Shown: positions 38,055-47,265 of the stretch, piece by piece
How the letters are laid out: each line of letters starts with the position of its first letter
Numbering within the stretch: position 1 is the stretch's first letter
Assembly: GCA_030059665.1 (NCBI GenBank)
Contig: JANVYR010000001.1
Location: forward strand, 160,001-224,000
Direction: 5' to 3'
DNA: 64,000 bases
DNA from: Candidatus Calditenuis fumarioli
Lineage (GTDB): Archaea > Thermoproteota > Nitrososphaeria_A > Caldarchaeales > Calditenuaceae
Notes under the pieces: model-generated
Seen by the model: the letters and a program-made list of their open reading frames with translations, nothing else
Databases searched by the model: none
Told to the model about the DNA's origin: nothing
Position numbers and translations under genes: made by a program

Positions 38055-39719
38055 TTATTCTCTACCGGAGGCTCCCTGCAGTGTCGGCACGTTGTTGAGG
38101 CCCCCGAAACCTGCGGTCTTGGTTGAGGCCAGCGGCACTGATGCCTGCTTCGTCGGCAGCTTCCTCTTGTAGAAGTCGTCGCTGAGCTTTCTGCCAGTCC
38201 TCCTCTCCCACTCCTCGATGGAGATACCGTAGACCGCCTGGATCCTGTCCCTGTACCACTCCGGGATGACGTTGAAGGCGCAGAACGGAATGATCCTGCC
38301 GTCCGGCGTCAGGTAGTGGATGTCGCACCGCCTGAGGCGCTCCTCGTCGTGATTGTACTTGTCCTGGAAGTGCATCATCCCAAGGAACAGAGACTTCCTG
38401 TGCCAGTCGCCGACGCTCTTGTAGTCGTGCTTCACCAAAATGTCGAAGAGCATCCGCTTCAGGTTCATCCCCGCGGGCTGCTTCTTCTCGTTGATGAACT
38501 TCCCGATGTTCCAGAGGACCTTCATCCCCACCCATACCCTGTTCCTTCCGGCCTCGATCTCCTCGGCCTTGTCCTGGAGGTACTTGATCAGGCCCTCGAC
38601 GTCGACGAACTCCGTGATGGGAACCATCCTCTCTCCGTCCTTGAAGACGTAGGTTCCGGCGCCGCAGGCGAAGTGAATGCTCAGCTCGTAGTGGGCCCTC
38701 CTCGTGAGCGCCTCGAGGAATCCGGTCAGGGGCGTGCACGCGGGGACCGGGAACCAGGCGTCCCTGGGTATCTCGCCGTTGGTCTGCTCCTCGATCCTGA
38801 TGATGCAGTCGGGTATCGTGATCCTGTACTTCTCGCGCTCCCTCTTGGGCATCCTCCCGGTCAGCGAGACGGGCTGGAAGTTGACGGCCCTGATCACGTC
38901 GATGTTCCTGAAGGCGAACCGGATGATGTCGCCGAGCTCGTGGTCGTTCACGCTCTTGATCACGGTCGGAACCAGCACGATTCCTACGCCCAGCTTCCTC
39001 GCGTTCTCGAGGACCCCTGGCACCTCCCAGTGGTTCTTCGGGTTGGTCCTGGGTGTCACGCCGTCGAAGCTCATGTAGAGGTTGCTGACGCCTGCCTCCT
39101 TCAGCCGCTTGAAGTACTCGAAGTCCCTGCTGAGCCGTATCCCGTTGGTGTTAAGCTGTATGTGGTCGACCCCGACCTCCTTCAGGATCCTGATGATCTC
39201 CGGGAGGTCGTCGCGGAGCGTCGGCTCCCCTCCGGTTATCTGGATCGAGTTCCCGGGCACCGGCCTCTCGGCCCTGAGGTTCAGGGCCATCTCCCTGATC
39301 TGATCCAGCGTGGGCTCGTAGATGTAACCGGCCTTCTCCGCGTAGAAGAAGCAGTACCAGCAGTGCAGGTCGCACCTGTTCGTCACGACGAGGTTTGCGA
39401 GGCCCGTGTGGCTGAGGTGGCTGCTGCAGAGGCCGCAGTTCGCCGGGCAGGCGCACCTCGGCATCTCCACGTCCGGGTTGCCCGTTCCCTTGCCGTCCTT
39501 CAGCCACCGCGCGAACTTGTAGTACATCTGGGCGTCGCCGAAGTAGAGCTCGTCGAACTCGCCGTGGACCGGACAGACCTTCTTGATGTAGATCTTGTTG
39601 TTCTCCTCGAAGACCTCCGCCGGTAATATCCTGTTGCACTCCGGGCAGATGCTCCTGGTGATCGTGACCACCTTCTTCGCGGCCTTCTCCTGCTGCCTTA
39701 TCTCGAGTGCCGTCGCCAT
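38055..39719 (-). CDS. tes: Tetraether lipid synthase (GDGT macrocyclase, MJ0619-type radical SAM enzyme)
   Basis: N-terminal CPEC...CPVH metal site, CPANCGLC, radical SAM NRCDLHCWYC, QITGGEP, QLNTNG, HFACG and RCDIHY...IPFC. A TATA at 39745-39750 favours ATG 39719. Confidence 0.88.
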   Translation of the reverse strand: MATALEIRQQEKAAKKVVTITRSICPECNRILPAEVFEENNKIYIKKVCPVHGEFDELYFGDAQMYYKFARWLKDGKGTGNPDVEMPRCACPANCGLCSSHLSHTGLANLVVTNRCDLHCWYCFFYAEKAGYIYEPTLDQIREMALNLRAERPVPGNSIQITGGEPTLRDDLPEIIRILKEVGVDHIQLNTNGIRLSRDFEYFKRLKEAGVSNLYMSFDGVTPRTNPKNHWEVPGVLENARKLGVGIVLVPTVIKSVNDHELGDIIRFAFRNIDVIRAVNFQPVSLTGRMPKREREKYRITIPDCIIRIEEQTNGEIPRDAWFPVPACTPLTGFLEALTRRAHYELSIHFACGAGTYVFKDGERMVPITEFVDVEGLIKYLQDKAEEIEAGRNRVWVGMKVLWNIGKFINEKKQPAGMNLKRMLFDILVKHDYKSVGDWHRKSLFLGMMHFQDKYNHDEERLRRCDIHYLTPDGRIIPFCAFNVIPEWYRDRIQAVYGISIEEWERRTGRKLSDDFYKRKLPTKQASVPLASTKTAGFGGLNNVPTLQGASGRE

Positions 39720-39826
39720 CTCGCCGGGCCCGTCACTGGACATCATTTAAGCATTTTCACACATCTGCGAGGTTGCGGAGTGGGTCAGGTCCGTTTAAAG
39801 ACTCGGATTGCTTGCTCCCAACGGCG

Positions 39827-40636
39827 ATGCGGAGGATCCTGATCTCGAGGGCAGACGGCTCCTCGATGCTCGTCCGTCGTTACCTCCTGGAGGTCATGGG
39901 TTTCGAGCGGATCGAGCGAAACGGAAGGGAGGTTCTCAGGAAGGGGAGCGTGGAGGCCGTGGTCACCGACGGTCTTCACCTCCACCTCTCACCGGAAGAT
40001 ATCGCGTCCGTGGCGGACGAGCTGGTAGTCGTGGCCTCCACCCACAGGTCCGAGCAGGGGGTGAACGCGCTGACGGTCCACGCCACGGGCAACTGGACCT
40101 CCGAGGCCCGCTACGGCGGCCTTCCGAGAGCCCTCTCCTCGACGATGGCCGGTGCCATCAGAACCGCCTTTGACGCCCTCCGGGAGGAGGCCTCGACGGA
40201 GAGGGAGCTCGAGGGTTGGTGGGTCGGTCTGGAGGTCACGCACCACGGCCCTCATTCTATGGTTCCCCTGATCTACGTCGAGTTCGGCGGCGACGAGAGA
40301 GCCAGGGCGAGCGAGGCCGGTGCGGCGGCCGTAGCGGAGGCCTGCGTCGAGGTGGTCACCAAGGCGAGGCCCTCGAACCGCGCAGCGGTCGGCGTGGGTG
40401 GGGGCCACTACGCTCCGGCCTTCGTCAGGCTGATGGCCGAGGGTTCGTTCGACTTCGGGCACGTCCTGCCCAAGTACGCCATCCCCCAGGGCCTCGATCT
40501 CCTCCCCGAAGCGGTGGCGAGGACCGCCGACGGGTGCAGGGCCGTGGTCCTCGACCGGAAGGGGATCCCCGGTGCCCACCGGCGCGAGGCGATCGCCGCC
40601 GCGGAGTCCCTCGGCCTTGAGGTAGTCCAGCTGTGA
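39827..40636 (+). CDS. dtdA: Archaeal D-aminoacyl-tRNA deacylase (DTD2/GEK1 type)
   Basis: STHRS, LTVHATGNW, EVTHHGP and GVGGGHYAP. TTTAAAG lies about 28 nt upstream. Confidence 0.88.
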   Translation: MRRILISRADGSSMLVRRYLLEVMGFERIERNGREVLRKGSVEAVVTDGLHLHLSPEDIASVADELVVVASTHRSEQGVNALTVHATGNWTSEARYGGLPRALSSTMAGAIRTAFDALREEASTERELEGWWVGLEVTHHGPHSMVPLIYVEFGGDERARASEAGAAAVAEACVEVVTKARPSNRAAVGVGGGHYAPAFVRLMAEGSFDFGHVLPKYAIPQGLDLLPEAVARTADGCRAVVLDRKGIPGAHRREAIAAAESLGLEVVQL

Positions 40637-40699
40637 TGTCAGGCCTCACGAACGCTCGTTGTGCCCCAACTTATATAACGGAGTTATGGGTTTTGTTGG

Positions 40700-41083
40700 T
40701 TGGGAATGCTGCTGCCGAGCGAGATAGAGGCCAGATGGCTGCTGCCGGTTCTGAGGGCGCTCGTGGTCAGGCGCCTCATCTCGAAGTACGGGATGACGCA
40801 GGAGAGGGTGGCGCAGCTGCTCGGGATAACCCAGGCGAGCGTGAGCAACTACGTCAGGGCGGTGCGTGCCAGGGGCCTGAGGCCCGAGGCGATCACGCTC
40901 CTCTCGAGGTACGCACAGGAGCTGGCGGACACGGCATACCGGACGCAGGACCCACACCTCGTCGCGAGAGCGATCCAGGAGACGCTGACCAGGATACGGA
41001 GGGACAGGGTCCTCTGTGAGCTCCACCAGAACCTCGAGCCTGGGATCGACGTGGAGAACTGCGACCTCTGCGATCTGGACTGA
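40700..41083 (+). CDS. XRE/ThiN-like HTH transcriptional regulator (COG2522-like)
   Basis: LLPSEIEARWLLPVLRA, MTQERVAQLLGITQASVSNY and C-terminal CELH...CDLC. Confidence 0.8.
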   Translation: MGMLLPSEIEARWLLPVLRALVVRRLISKYGMTQERVAQLLGITQASVSNYVRAVRARGLRPEAITLLSRYAQELADTAYRTQDPHLVARAIQETLTRIRRDRVLCELHQNLEPGIDVENCDLCDLD

Positions 41084-41144
41084 TCTGGACCCTTCCTCGA
41101 GCTTTCATCTCACCGAGCAGCTCGTAACCCGACCTCCAAAATTG

Positions 41145-41257
41145 CAGCCCGGGCCGGATTCGAACCGGCGTCTCCGGGTCTCCCCTCCCAGGGGGATCCA
41201 AAGCCCGGAATCCCTGGTCCGCCTCTGGCCAGCGATTGACCGCTAGACGACCGGGCT
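41145..41257 (-). tRNA. tRNA-Gln(UUG) with two introns: 22 nt at 21/22 (41214-41235) and 18 nt at 37/38 (41180-41197)
   Basis: Removing both inserts gives a 73-nt cloverleaf with A1-U72. Both inserts fit bulge-helix-bulge geometry. Confidence 0.92.
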
Positions 41258-41306
41258 ACCGGCATGAGACCATCCAGCCCAGATTTAACCGTCAACAGGC
41301 CCCTCG

Positions 41307-42053
41307 TCAGGGCGAGACGTCCCGGAGGGCGATTATCTGCGTTGAGACCGAGACCATGAACTCGTCGAGGAACCTGAGGACGTTGTTCTGGTAAGCGTCG
41401 AACGACTGCGGGTACCTCTGGAGCCAGCTGACCACCTCCTCCGCGCTGGCCCCTTCCCCTGGCGCTGCCAAGAGCCACTTGATGTAATCTATCACGCCGT
41501 CGACGCTGTTTATCACCCTGTCGACCGATGGCGTCAGCGCCGGGTCGTACTCGGCCACCGATGACTTGACCCCCTCCCAGTAGGAGACGAGTTGCTGCCG
41601 GAACCGGGTGAGGTTCTCGAACCTTTGCAGCTGCAGGTCCCTCAGCAAAATGTTGAGGATCTTGTCCCTGCCCGCGATCTGGTTGTACACCGGCACCGCC
41701 CTCTCCAGCTTCTCGACGACGCCCTTCGCCTTCTCCACCTTCACCCTGAGCTCGTTGAGGGAGCCGCGGAGGTCCGAGTTCTCCCGGGTCAGCGAGTTGA
41801 CCGAGCGCTCGAGCTCCGAAATGCTGTTCCTGAGGGCCTCGTACCTCGACGACAGCTCGTCCCGTTCGGCCTTGAGGTCCGCGACCGTCTTCGTCAGCGA
41901 CGCGATCTCCTCCGAGAGCCTTCGGTTCTCCTCCACCAACCCCGGCAAGGGCCTGGAGCCCTCGTTCAGGCCTACGAGGTATCCGGCGATCAAGCCCGCG
42001 ATCAGCGCGAAGACCACGAGGGCCGCGGTGATCCTGGTCGACACCTCACCCAC
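41307..42053 (-). CDS. Membrane-anchored coiled-coil hypothetical protein
   Basis: N-terminal TM helix, about 85-aa heptad coiled coil and a helical C-terminal domain; overlaps the stop of the upstream gene. Confidence 0.75.
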   Translation of the reverse strand: MGEVSTRITAALVVFALIAGLIAGYLVGLNEGSRPLPGLVEENRRLSEEIASLTKTVADLKAERDELSSRYEALRNSISELERSVNSLTRENSDLRGSLNELRVKVEKAKGVVEKLERAVPVYNQIAGRDKILNILLRDLQLQRFENLTRFRQQLVSYWEGVKSSVAEYDPALTPSVDRVINSVDGVIDYIKWLLAAPGEGASAEEVVSWLQRYPQSFDAYQNNVLRFLDEFMVSVSTQIIALRDVSP

Positions 42054-42744
42054 CTCCCTGCTGGCTGGACTTCTCCTCAGCTGGCTTCGGAGCCCCTGCG
42101 CGCAGGCCCGAGAAGGAGGCGCCCACGACGACCGATGCGACGACGAGGCCCACCGCTATCGCGAGCATGCCGAGGAGGTTGAAGAGCGGGCCGCGATCCT
42201 CTGCGACCTGCTGGGCGACCGTCCTCACCACCACCGCCTCCCTCGTGACCGTGATGGCCGGCACCGCGACCGTGACGTACCTGTACTCCGTGACCGTGAC
42301 GGTGGCAGTCACGCTCGGCTCGTCGGCGACGCTCACCTCCAGCGTGTACGACCCGGACGATGCCCCGAACGGGTAAACCACGACGTAGTAGCTGCCCGCT
42401 CTTGACGCCTTCACGCTGACCCTCTCGTAGTATCCGGCCGGCTTGACGCCCGACTCGAGGAGATCCCTCTCGGGAGAGAGCACGGCGACGTCGAAATCCA
42501 CATCCGCTGCCATCCTAACCGTGACATAGAGCGTCTGGCCCTGCCGGAGCGTGACCTTGAAGAAGTGCAGGTCCCCCGGCTGGAGGTGGAAGCTGTAAAC
42601 CCCTGGCTGGAGCTCGGCCGCGGTGGCGAAGTTCGTCCCCGGCACCGGCCCCTCTCCGAAGACCGAGGTGGTTCCCAGGACCGAGGCGGCGACGAGGAGC
42701 GCGACGATCAAAACCCTGTTCCCGTCCAACCCGGTTCCCACCAT
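42046..42744 (-). CDS. Secreted membrane-anchored protein with PPC-like beta domain and Thr/Val-rich linker
   Basis: Signal peptide, GDLHFFKV...DFDVAVL...GSYYVVVY...SGSYTLEV, a TVTVT linker and a C-terminal TM helix. The start may be TTG 42729. Confidence 0.75.
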   Translation of the reverse strand: MVGTGLDGNRVLIVALLVAASVLGTTSVFGEGPVPGTNFATAAELQPGVYSFHLQPGDLHFFKVTLRQGQTLYVTVRMAADVDFDVAVLSPERDLLESGVKPAGYYERVSVKASRAGSYYVVVYPFGASSGSYTLEVSVADEPSVTATVTVTEYRYVTVAVPAITVTREAVVVRTVAQQVAEDRGPLFNLLGMLAIAVGLVVASVVVGASFSGLRAGAPKPAEEKSSQQGGG

Positions 42745-42997
42745 TTCACCGAATAATAAAGCCACGTGTTCGCGTGACGGGTTTCAGGGACCTCGAGAGC
42801 TCCTTGCCGACAACGCGGCGGAAAGCGCCCCTCTGCACAGGCGGCTCAGTCAAATGCCATCCGCTCACCGGTCGACGTAATCCTGACGCGTCATCGCCGC
42901 CACCCGTCGACCTGAAGACCAGAGACTTATGCCTTAAGCGGTCACCCGCGGAATGTTGAGCATGGTTAATATTGTTCACCACGGTTAACTTTCTGGA

Positions 42998-43717
42998 ATG
43001 GCCGTCAAGGTCTTCGGGCTAACCGTGTTTTACAACGGTAACTCCAGGCCGGCGCTGGAGGACGTCACGGTCGAGTTCCGGAAGGGAGAGATGGTGCTGC
43101 TGATGGGGCCCAACGGAGCCGGCAAGTCGACGCTGATCAGGGCGATCCTCGGGCTGGTGAGACCAGCAGCTGGCAGGGTCGAGGTCCTCGGAACCGACCC
43201 GGCGAGGGACAGGTCCGTGAGGAGGAGGATCGCGTACGTCCCCCAGGCCAGGAGCCTGAACGTTCAGGCGCCGCTGAGGGTGAGGGACCTGGTCGAGATG
43301 GGAGCCCTCCTCTCGCCCAGAAGGCCAGACCACGACGGAGAGCTCGCCAGACGCATCGAGACCGCGCTGGAGTCGGTGGGGCTCCTGGACAAGATCAACG
43401 CCAGGATCGCGCACCTCTCCGGCGGTCAGCTGGCTAGGGCGCTGCTGGCGAGGGCCCTGGCTCAGGACCCCGAGATCTACCTCCTGGACGAGCCCTTCGA
43501 GTCGATCGACGCTGCGAGCGAGGCCGCAGTCCTGAGGGCGCTCAGGTCGGAGCGGGAAAGGGGAAAGCTGGTCCTGGTGACGGAGCACCACATCACAGAC
43601 TTCTCCGAGTTCGACAGGATCGTGTTTCTCAACCGGAGGGTGATCGCGTCGGGCAGACCCGATGAGGTCCTCTCGAACCGTTCCGTCACGGACCTCCTCC
43701 TCGCGGGTCACCGGTGA
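42998..43717 (+). CDS. Metal-type ABC transporter ATPase (ZnuC/TroB-like)
   Basis: GPNGAGKS, YVPQ, LSGGQ, LLDEPF and VTEHH. Confidence 0.92.
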   Translation: MAVKVFGLTVFYNGNSRPALEDVTVEFRKGEMVLLMGPNGAGKSTLIRAILGLVRPAAGRVEVLGTDPARDRSVRRRIAYVPQARSLNVQAPLRVRDLVEMGALLSPRRPDHDGELARRIETALESVGLLDKINARIAHLSGGQLARALLARALAQDPEIYLLDEPFESIDAASEAAVLRALRSERERGKLVLVTEHHITDFSEFDRIVFLNRRVIASGRPDEVLSNRSVTDLLLAGHR

Positions 43718-43724
43718 ACGGCCC

Positions 43725-45425
43725 TTGAGGGGCCTCTCCGCACTCTCCCTGATCGCAGTGGTGGCATTCGTGCCGCTGCTTGTGCCCGTCGCGGATTCAG
43801 ATGTCGGTTCGAAGGGGTTGCCGACGGTGCTGGTGACGACGGAGGTGCTCGCTGACCTCGCGGCTAAGGTCGGCAGAGGCGTCGTCAGGGTCGAGAGCGT
43901 TCTCGGGAGGACCAGCCCCGAGACCTTCACCCTGACTCCCGGCACGGCCATGAAGGTGGCTGACGCAGACGCCTTCCTGTACGTGGGCTACGGCTCGGAG
44001 GACAAGGTAGGGAGGCTCGCAGCCGACGTGAGGAGAGGGGTCAGGACCTTCAGGCTCCTCGACGTGATCGAGGGTGTGAACCCGAACGAGGCCTTCTGGG
44101 CCTCGCCGAAGGGGGCCCTTAAGCTCGCGGAGGCGATCGGGCTCGTGCTCGTCCAGCTCTACCCCGAGAGGTCGGACGTCATCGCGCGGAACCTAGAAGC
44201 TCTGAGGAGGGAGCTCAGCGGGCTCGACGCCTGGATCAGATCTGAGCTCGAATCGACGCGACGCCCCCTCAGGGTGGCAACGATCAGACCCTCCCTCAAC
44301 GCATTCGCTAGGGAGTACGGCCTCGAGGTCGTGGCGCGGCTCGCGGACCATTTCGGCACCTACGAGCCCAACGCCGCCAGCACGCTCCACTTCTTCGAGC
44401 GGGTCTCCGGGACCGGCGCCGTCATCCTGATGGAGGCGGAGGAGGAGGGATCGACGCTCGCGGAGGTCGTGTCGGCGAACGCGAGGAGGATCGGGATCAG
44501 GCTTGCGGGGCCCATCTACTACGAGCGCCTCGACCCCGAAGGCGGAATCAGCAGCTACGAGGACATGGTCAGGTGGAACGTGCGGGTGATCGCGTCCGCT
44601 GCGGCCGAGCCGACAGAGCCCCGTACGGGCCTTCCTCTCATCGCAGCGGTCCTCCTGCCCGGTTTCGTCGCGCTCCTCGCGGTCTCGGTTAGCACCTCCC
44701 TCGTCGGCAGCTTCGCGGTGATGAGGGGATGGGCGATCTTCGGAGACGCCCTATCGCACGGGGCCATCGCCGGGCTCGTCGCGGCCTACCTGGTGGGGTT
44801 CGACTTCTACCTCGGAGCGCTCGCCGCAGGCCTCGTCGTGGCCCTCTCCGTCTCCTACCTCGAGCGGAGGACCGGCCTGAGAGGGGACCTCGTGATCGCG
44901 GTTACCTTCACCTCGATGCTGGCGCTGGCCGTGGTCATGCTCTCGAAGTCCGGAGGCGCGACGCTCAAACTCGAGGACGTCCTCTTCGCCGACGTCACTG
45001 CCTCGACCGAGGAGGGAGTGCTGGGGACGGCGGTCTTCTCTCTCGGTGTGGTGGCCTTTCTGCTGGCCTTCAGGAGGCCCCTCCTGGCGTACGTCACGGA
45101 CCCTTACTGGTCCGAGGCCGCTGGCATCAGGACGGCACTCGTCCACTACGCGCTGCTGACGCTCCTCTCGGTCACGGTGATCACCGCCTTCATGACCGTC
45201 GGGGCCATCCCAGCCGTCGCATCGATGATCATACCGCCTGCCACAGCGCTCCTCCTCTCGAGCTCACCGAGGAGCTACCTGATCGCCTCGGCGCTGATAC
45301 CCGCGCTCTCTGCGGCAGCGGGCGTTGCGGCATCGGTCCTTTTCGACACCAACGTGGGATCGACCGTCGTTCTCGTTTACGCCGTGACCTTCGTCGCGGT
45401 GGCGCTCACCCGTCGCCGGCCATGA
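43725..45425 (+). CDS. Fused TroA-fold substrate-binding protein plus ZnuB/TroC-like permease
   Basis: Signal peptide, a TroA-like fold (VTTEVLADLA...SYEDMVRWNV), a linker, then a permease domain with GDALSH, EDVLFAD and VGAI...MIIPP. TTG start at 43725 follows the ATPase stop. Confidence 0.88.
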   Translation: MRGLSALSLIAVVAFVPLLVPVADSDVGSKGLPTVLVTTEVLADLAAKVGRGVVRVESVLGRTSPETFTLTPGTAMKVADADAFLYVGYGSEDKVGRLAADVRRGVRTFRLLDVIEGVNPNEAFWASPKGALKLAEAIGLVLVQLYPERSDVIARNLEALRRELSGLDAWIRSELESTRRPLRVATIRPSLNAFAREYGLEVVARLADHFGTYEPNAASTLHFFERVSGTGAVILMEAEEEGSTLAEVVSANARRIGIRLAGPIYYERLDPEGGISSYEDMVRWNVRVIASAAAEPTEPRTGLPLIAAVLLPGFVALLAVSVSTSLVGSFAVMRGWAIFGDALSHGAIAGLVAAYLVGFDFYLGALAAGLVVALSVSYLERRTGLRGDLVIAVTFTSMLALAVVMLSKSGGATLKLEDVLFADVTASTEEGVLGTAVFSLGVVAFLLAFRRPLLAYVTDPYWSEAAGIRTALVHYALLTLLSVTVITAFMTVGAIPAVASMIIPPATALLLSSSPRSYLIASALIPALSAAAGVAASVLFDTNVGSTVVLVYAVTFVAVALTRRRP

Positions 45426-45431
45426 GGATCA

Positions 45432-46118
45432 TCAGGGCCTGACCACGGTCCCCGCCTCTCCGTAAAGGATGGCCCTCCTGATGGATTCGGGAGACCTCCC
45501 GTCGACGATCAGGAGCCTTATCCCGGACCGCTTCAGCACGCTCAGCCCCACCGAGTCGATCATCCTGTACTCCCCAGCCGCATGAGATGTCCTCGCGAGG
45601 AGCGCCATCACCTCGTCGTACGTGGTCTCATCGATCAGCCTCGCGTCGGGATGGACCCTTGGATCCCTGTCGTAAAGCCCCTTCACGTTGGTCGCCATGA
45701 TCAGCCTGTCGGAACCTGTGGCCTCAGCGCAGAGGGCAGAGACCGCGAAGGTCGACTGACCGGGCCAGAAGCCGCCCGTCACGGCGATCGGTCTCACCGC
45801 GAGCGCCCTCCTCAGCTCGCCCACGTCCCTGACCACCTCGGGATACGCGAGCTCCCCAAGGGCCAAAAGCATCAGCGTGGCGTGGATCCTCGTCACCGAG
45901 ATGGCTATCTCGTCGCACCTAGCCTCGTCTGCGCCGAGCTTTCTCGCCGCGTCGATGTAGGCCCTCGCTGGCTCCCCTCCACCCACCACCACCGCCCAGC
46001 GGTCCCTGCCGTCGTGGCACTCCCTTATCACGTCGGCGATCGCCCTCAGGAGGGCAACATCGACCTCGTTCCGTGCGAAGAGATGGCCTCCGATCTTGAC
46101 CGTGAGCGGCACGACCAC
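45432..46118 (-). CDS. pyrH: Uridylate kinase
   Basis: VKIGG, VVGGG...AR, GGFWPGQST, TNVKGLYDRDP and GTVV. Confidence 0.94.
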   Translation of the reverse strand: MVVPLTVKIGGHLFARNEVDVALLRAIADVIRECHDGRDRWAVVVGGGEPARAYIDAARKLGADEARCDEIAISVTRIHATLMLLALGELAYPEVVRDVGELRRALAVRPIAVTGGFWPGQSTFAVSALCAEATGSDRLIMATNVKGLYDRDPRVHPDARLIDETTYDEVMALLARTSHAAGEYRMIDSVGLSVLKRSGIRLLIVDGRSPESIRRAILYGEAGTVVRP

Positions 46119-46151
46119 CCACGCCTCTCCCTCGCTAAAAACGAGCGCCCC

Positions 46152-47240
46152 TCAGTCTCCCGGTCCGAGGCCGAGGTCCGATGCGGTAACCCTGTCTATC
46201 CCGAGGACGCCGCCTAAGCCCATCACCCTCTCGTGGTCCTCCCCTCCGGTCAGGAGCACCCTGATCCCGACGGAGCCCGACTCGGCCGCCCTCAGAACCA
46301 GGTCGAGGTCCGGGTCGTCGATCCTCTGCCAGAGGAAGTCCTCCGCTATCAGGACGTATCCCAGCCTGCCCTCCTCCAGCATGCGGAGCACGTCGTTCAG
46401 CCCGAACCCGAAGCCCTCCGGTGACCTCGTAAGGCGCTCCAGGACCCTCTCCACCAGCAGGGCGTCGCTCAGGGGCCTCAGGTCCTTCCCCAGCCCTCCC
46501 CTCCGGATCACCTCCGTCACTCCTTCGAGCCCTCCCGCCGACGCTGGAACCGTCCTCCGCCTCACCTCTACCCTCCCCGAGAGAGCCCTCCTCACCTCGC
46601 TCCCGACCGCGTCGAGAAGGGCCGATGGCGCCACGACGACCAGCTCGTCGACCCTGTACCGCTCCACCGCCTCGCCGACGTCCTCCAGAGCCTCCCTCAG
46701 CGCCTCCACCGGCGACGCCGCCTCCCTGTATGGCCCGAACTTGACGCCTGACGATGACTCGACGTAGCGGAGCAGCCTCGTGCCCTCGTCGGAGATCAGA
46801 ACCAGGGCGGCCCTCTCGTCGTCCGCGGACAACACGAGCATCCTCTTGACCGGGGTTGACCTCGAACGGCGAGCTATGGCCTCGAACCTCGCGAAGCCCT
46901 CCCTCGACACGATCTCCACCTCCCTGCCGCGCTCTATGTGGACCGTGTGGTGCTTCTTCAGGAGGTCCTCGTAGCCCTCCGCGCTGACGATCCTGCCGAG
47001 GAACGAGATCCTCTTTGTCGCGGGGTCCGCGGACTTCTTCTCCACCTCTATCCCTATCCGGATTGAGACCCTCTTGCTGTCCACCTCGCCCGTGGCCCTC
47101 TCCCTCTTCAGCTCCCGCGTCGTCTCCGAGAAGACCAGGTCGCCTGGGCTGACGGAGCGGTAGATGTTGACGAGGTCCACACCAGACTCGGGGATCAACC
47201 TCACGCTCCTCTTGACCGCGTCGATTCCCAGCACCCTCAA
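46152..47240 (-). CDS. pelA: Pelota/Dom34 ribosome-rescue factor
   Basis: IPESGVDLVNIY...GDLV...TTRELK, HHTVHIE and GGVLGI (eRF1-like domains). Confidence 0.85.
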   Translation of the reverse strand: MRVLGIDAVKRSVRLIPESGVDLVNIYRSVSPGDLVFSETTRELKRERATGEVDSKRVSIRIGIEVEKKSADPATKRISFLGRIVSAEGYEDLLKKHHTVHIERGREVEIVSREGFARFEAIARRSRSTPVKRMLVLSADDERAALVLISDEGTRLLRYVESSSGVKFGPYREAASPVEALREALEDVGEAVERYRVDELVVVAPSALLDAVGSEVRRALSGRVEVRRRTVPASAGGLEGVTEVIRRGGLGKDLRPLSDALLVERVLERLTRSPEGFGFGLNDVLRMLEEGRLGYVLIAEDFLWQRIDDPDLDLVLRAAESGSVGIRVLLTGGEDHERVMGLGGVLGIDRVTASDLGLGPGD

Positions 47241-47265
47241 CCCGCACGTACCCCCTTCGGCCGCA

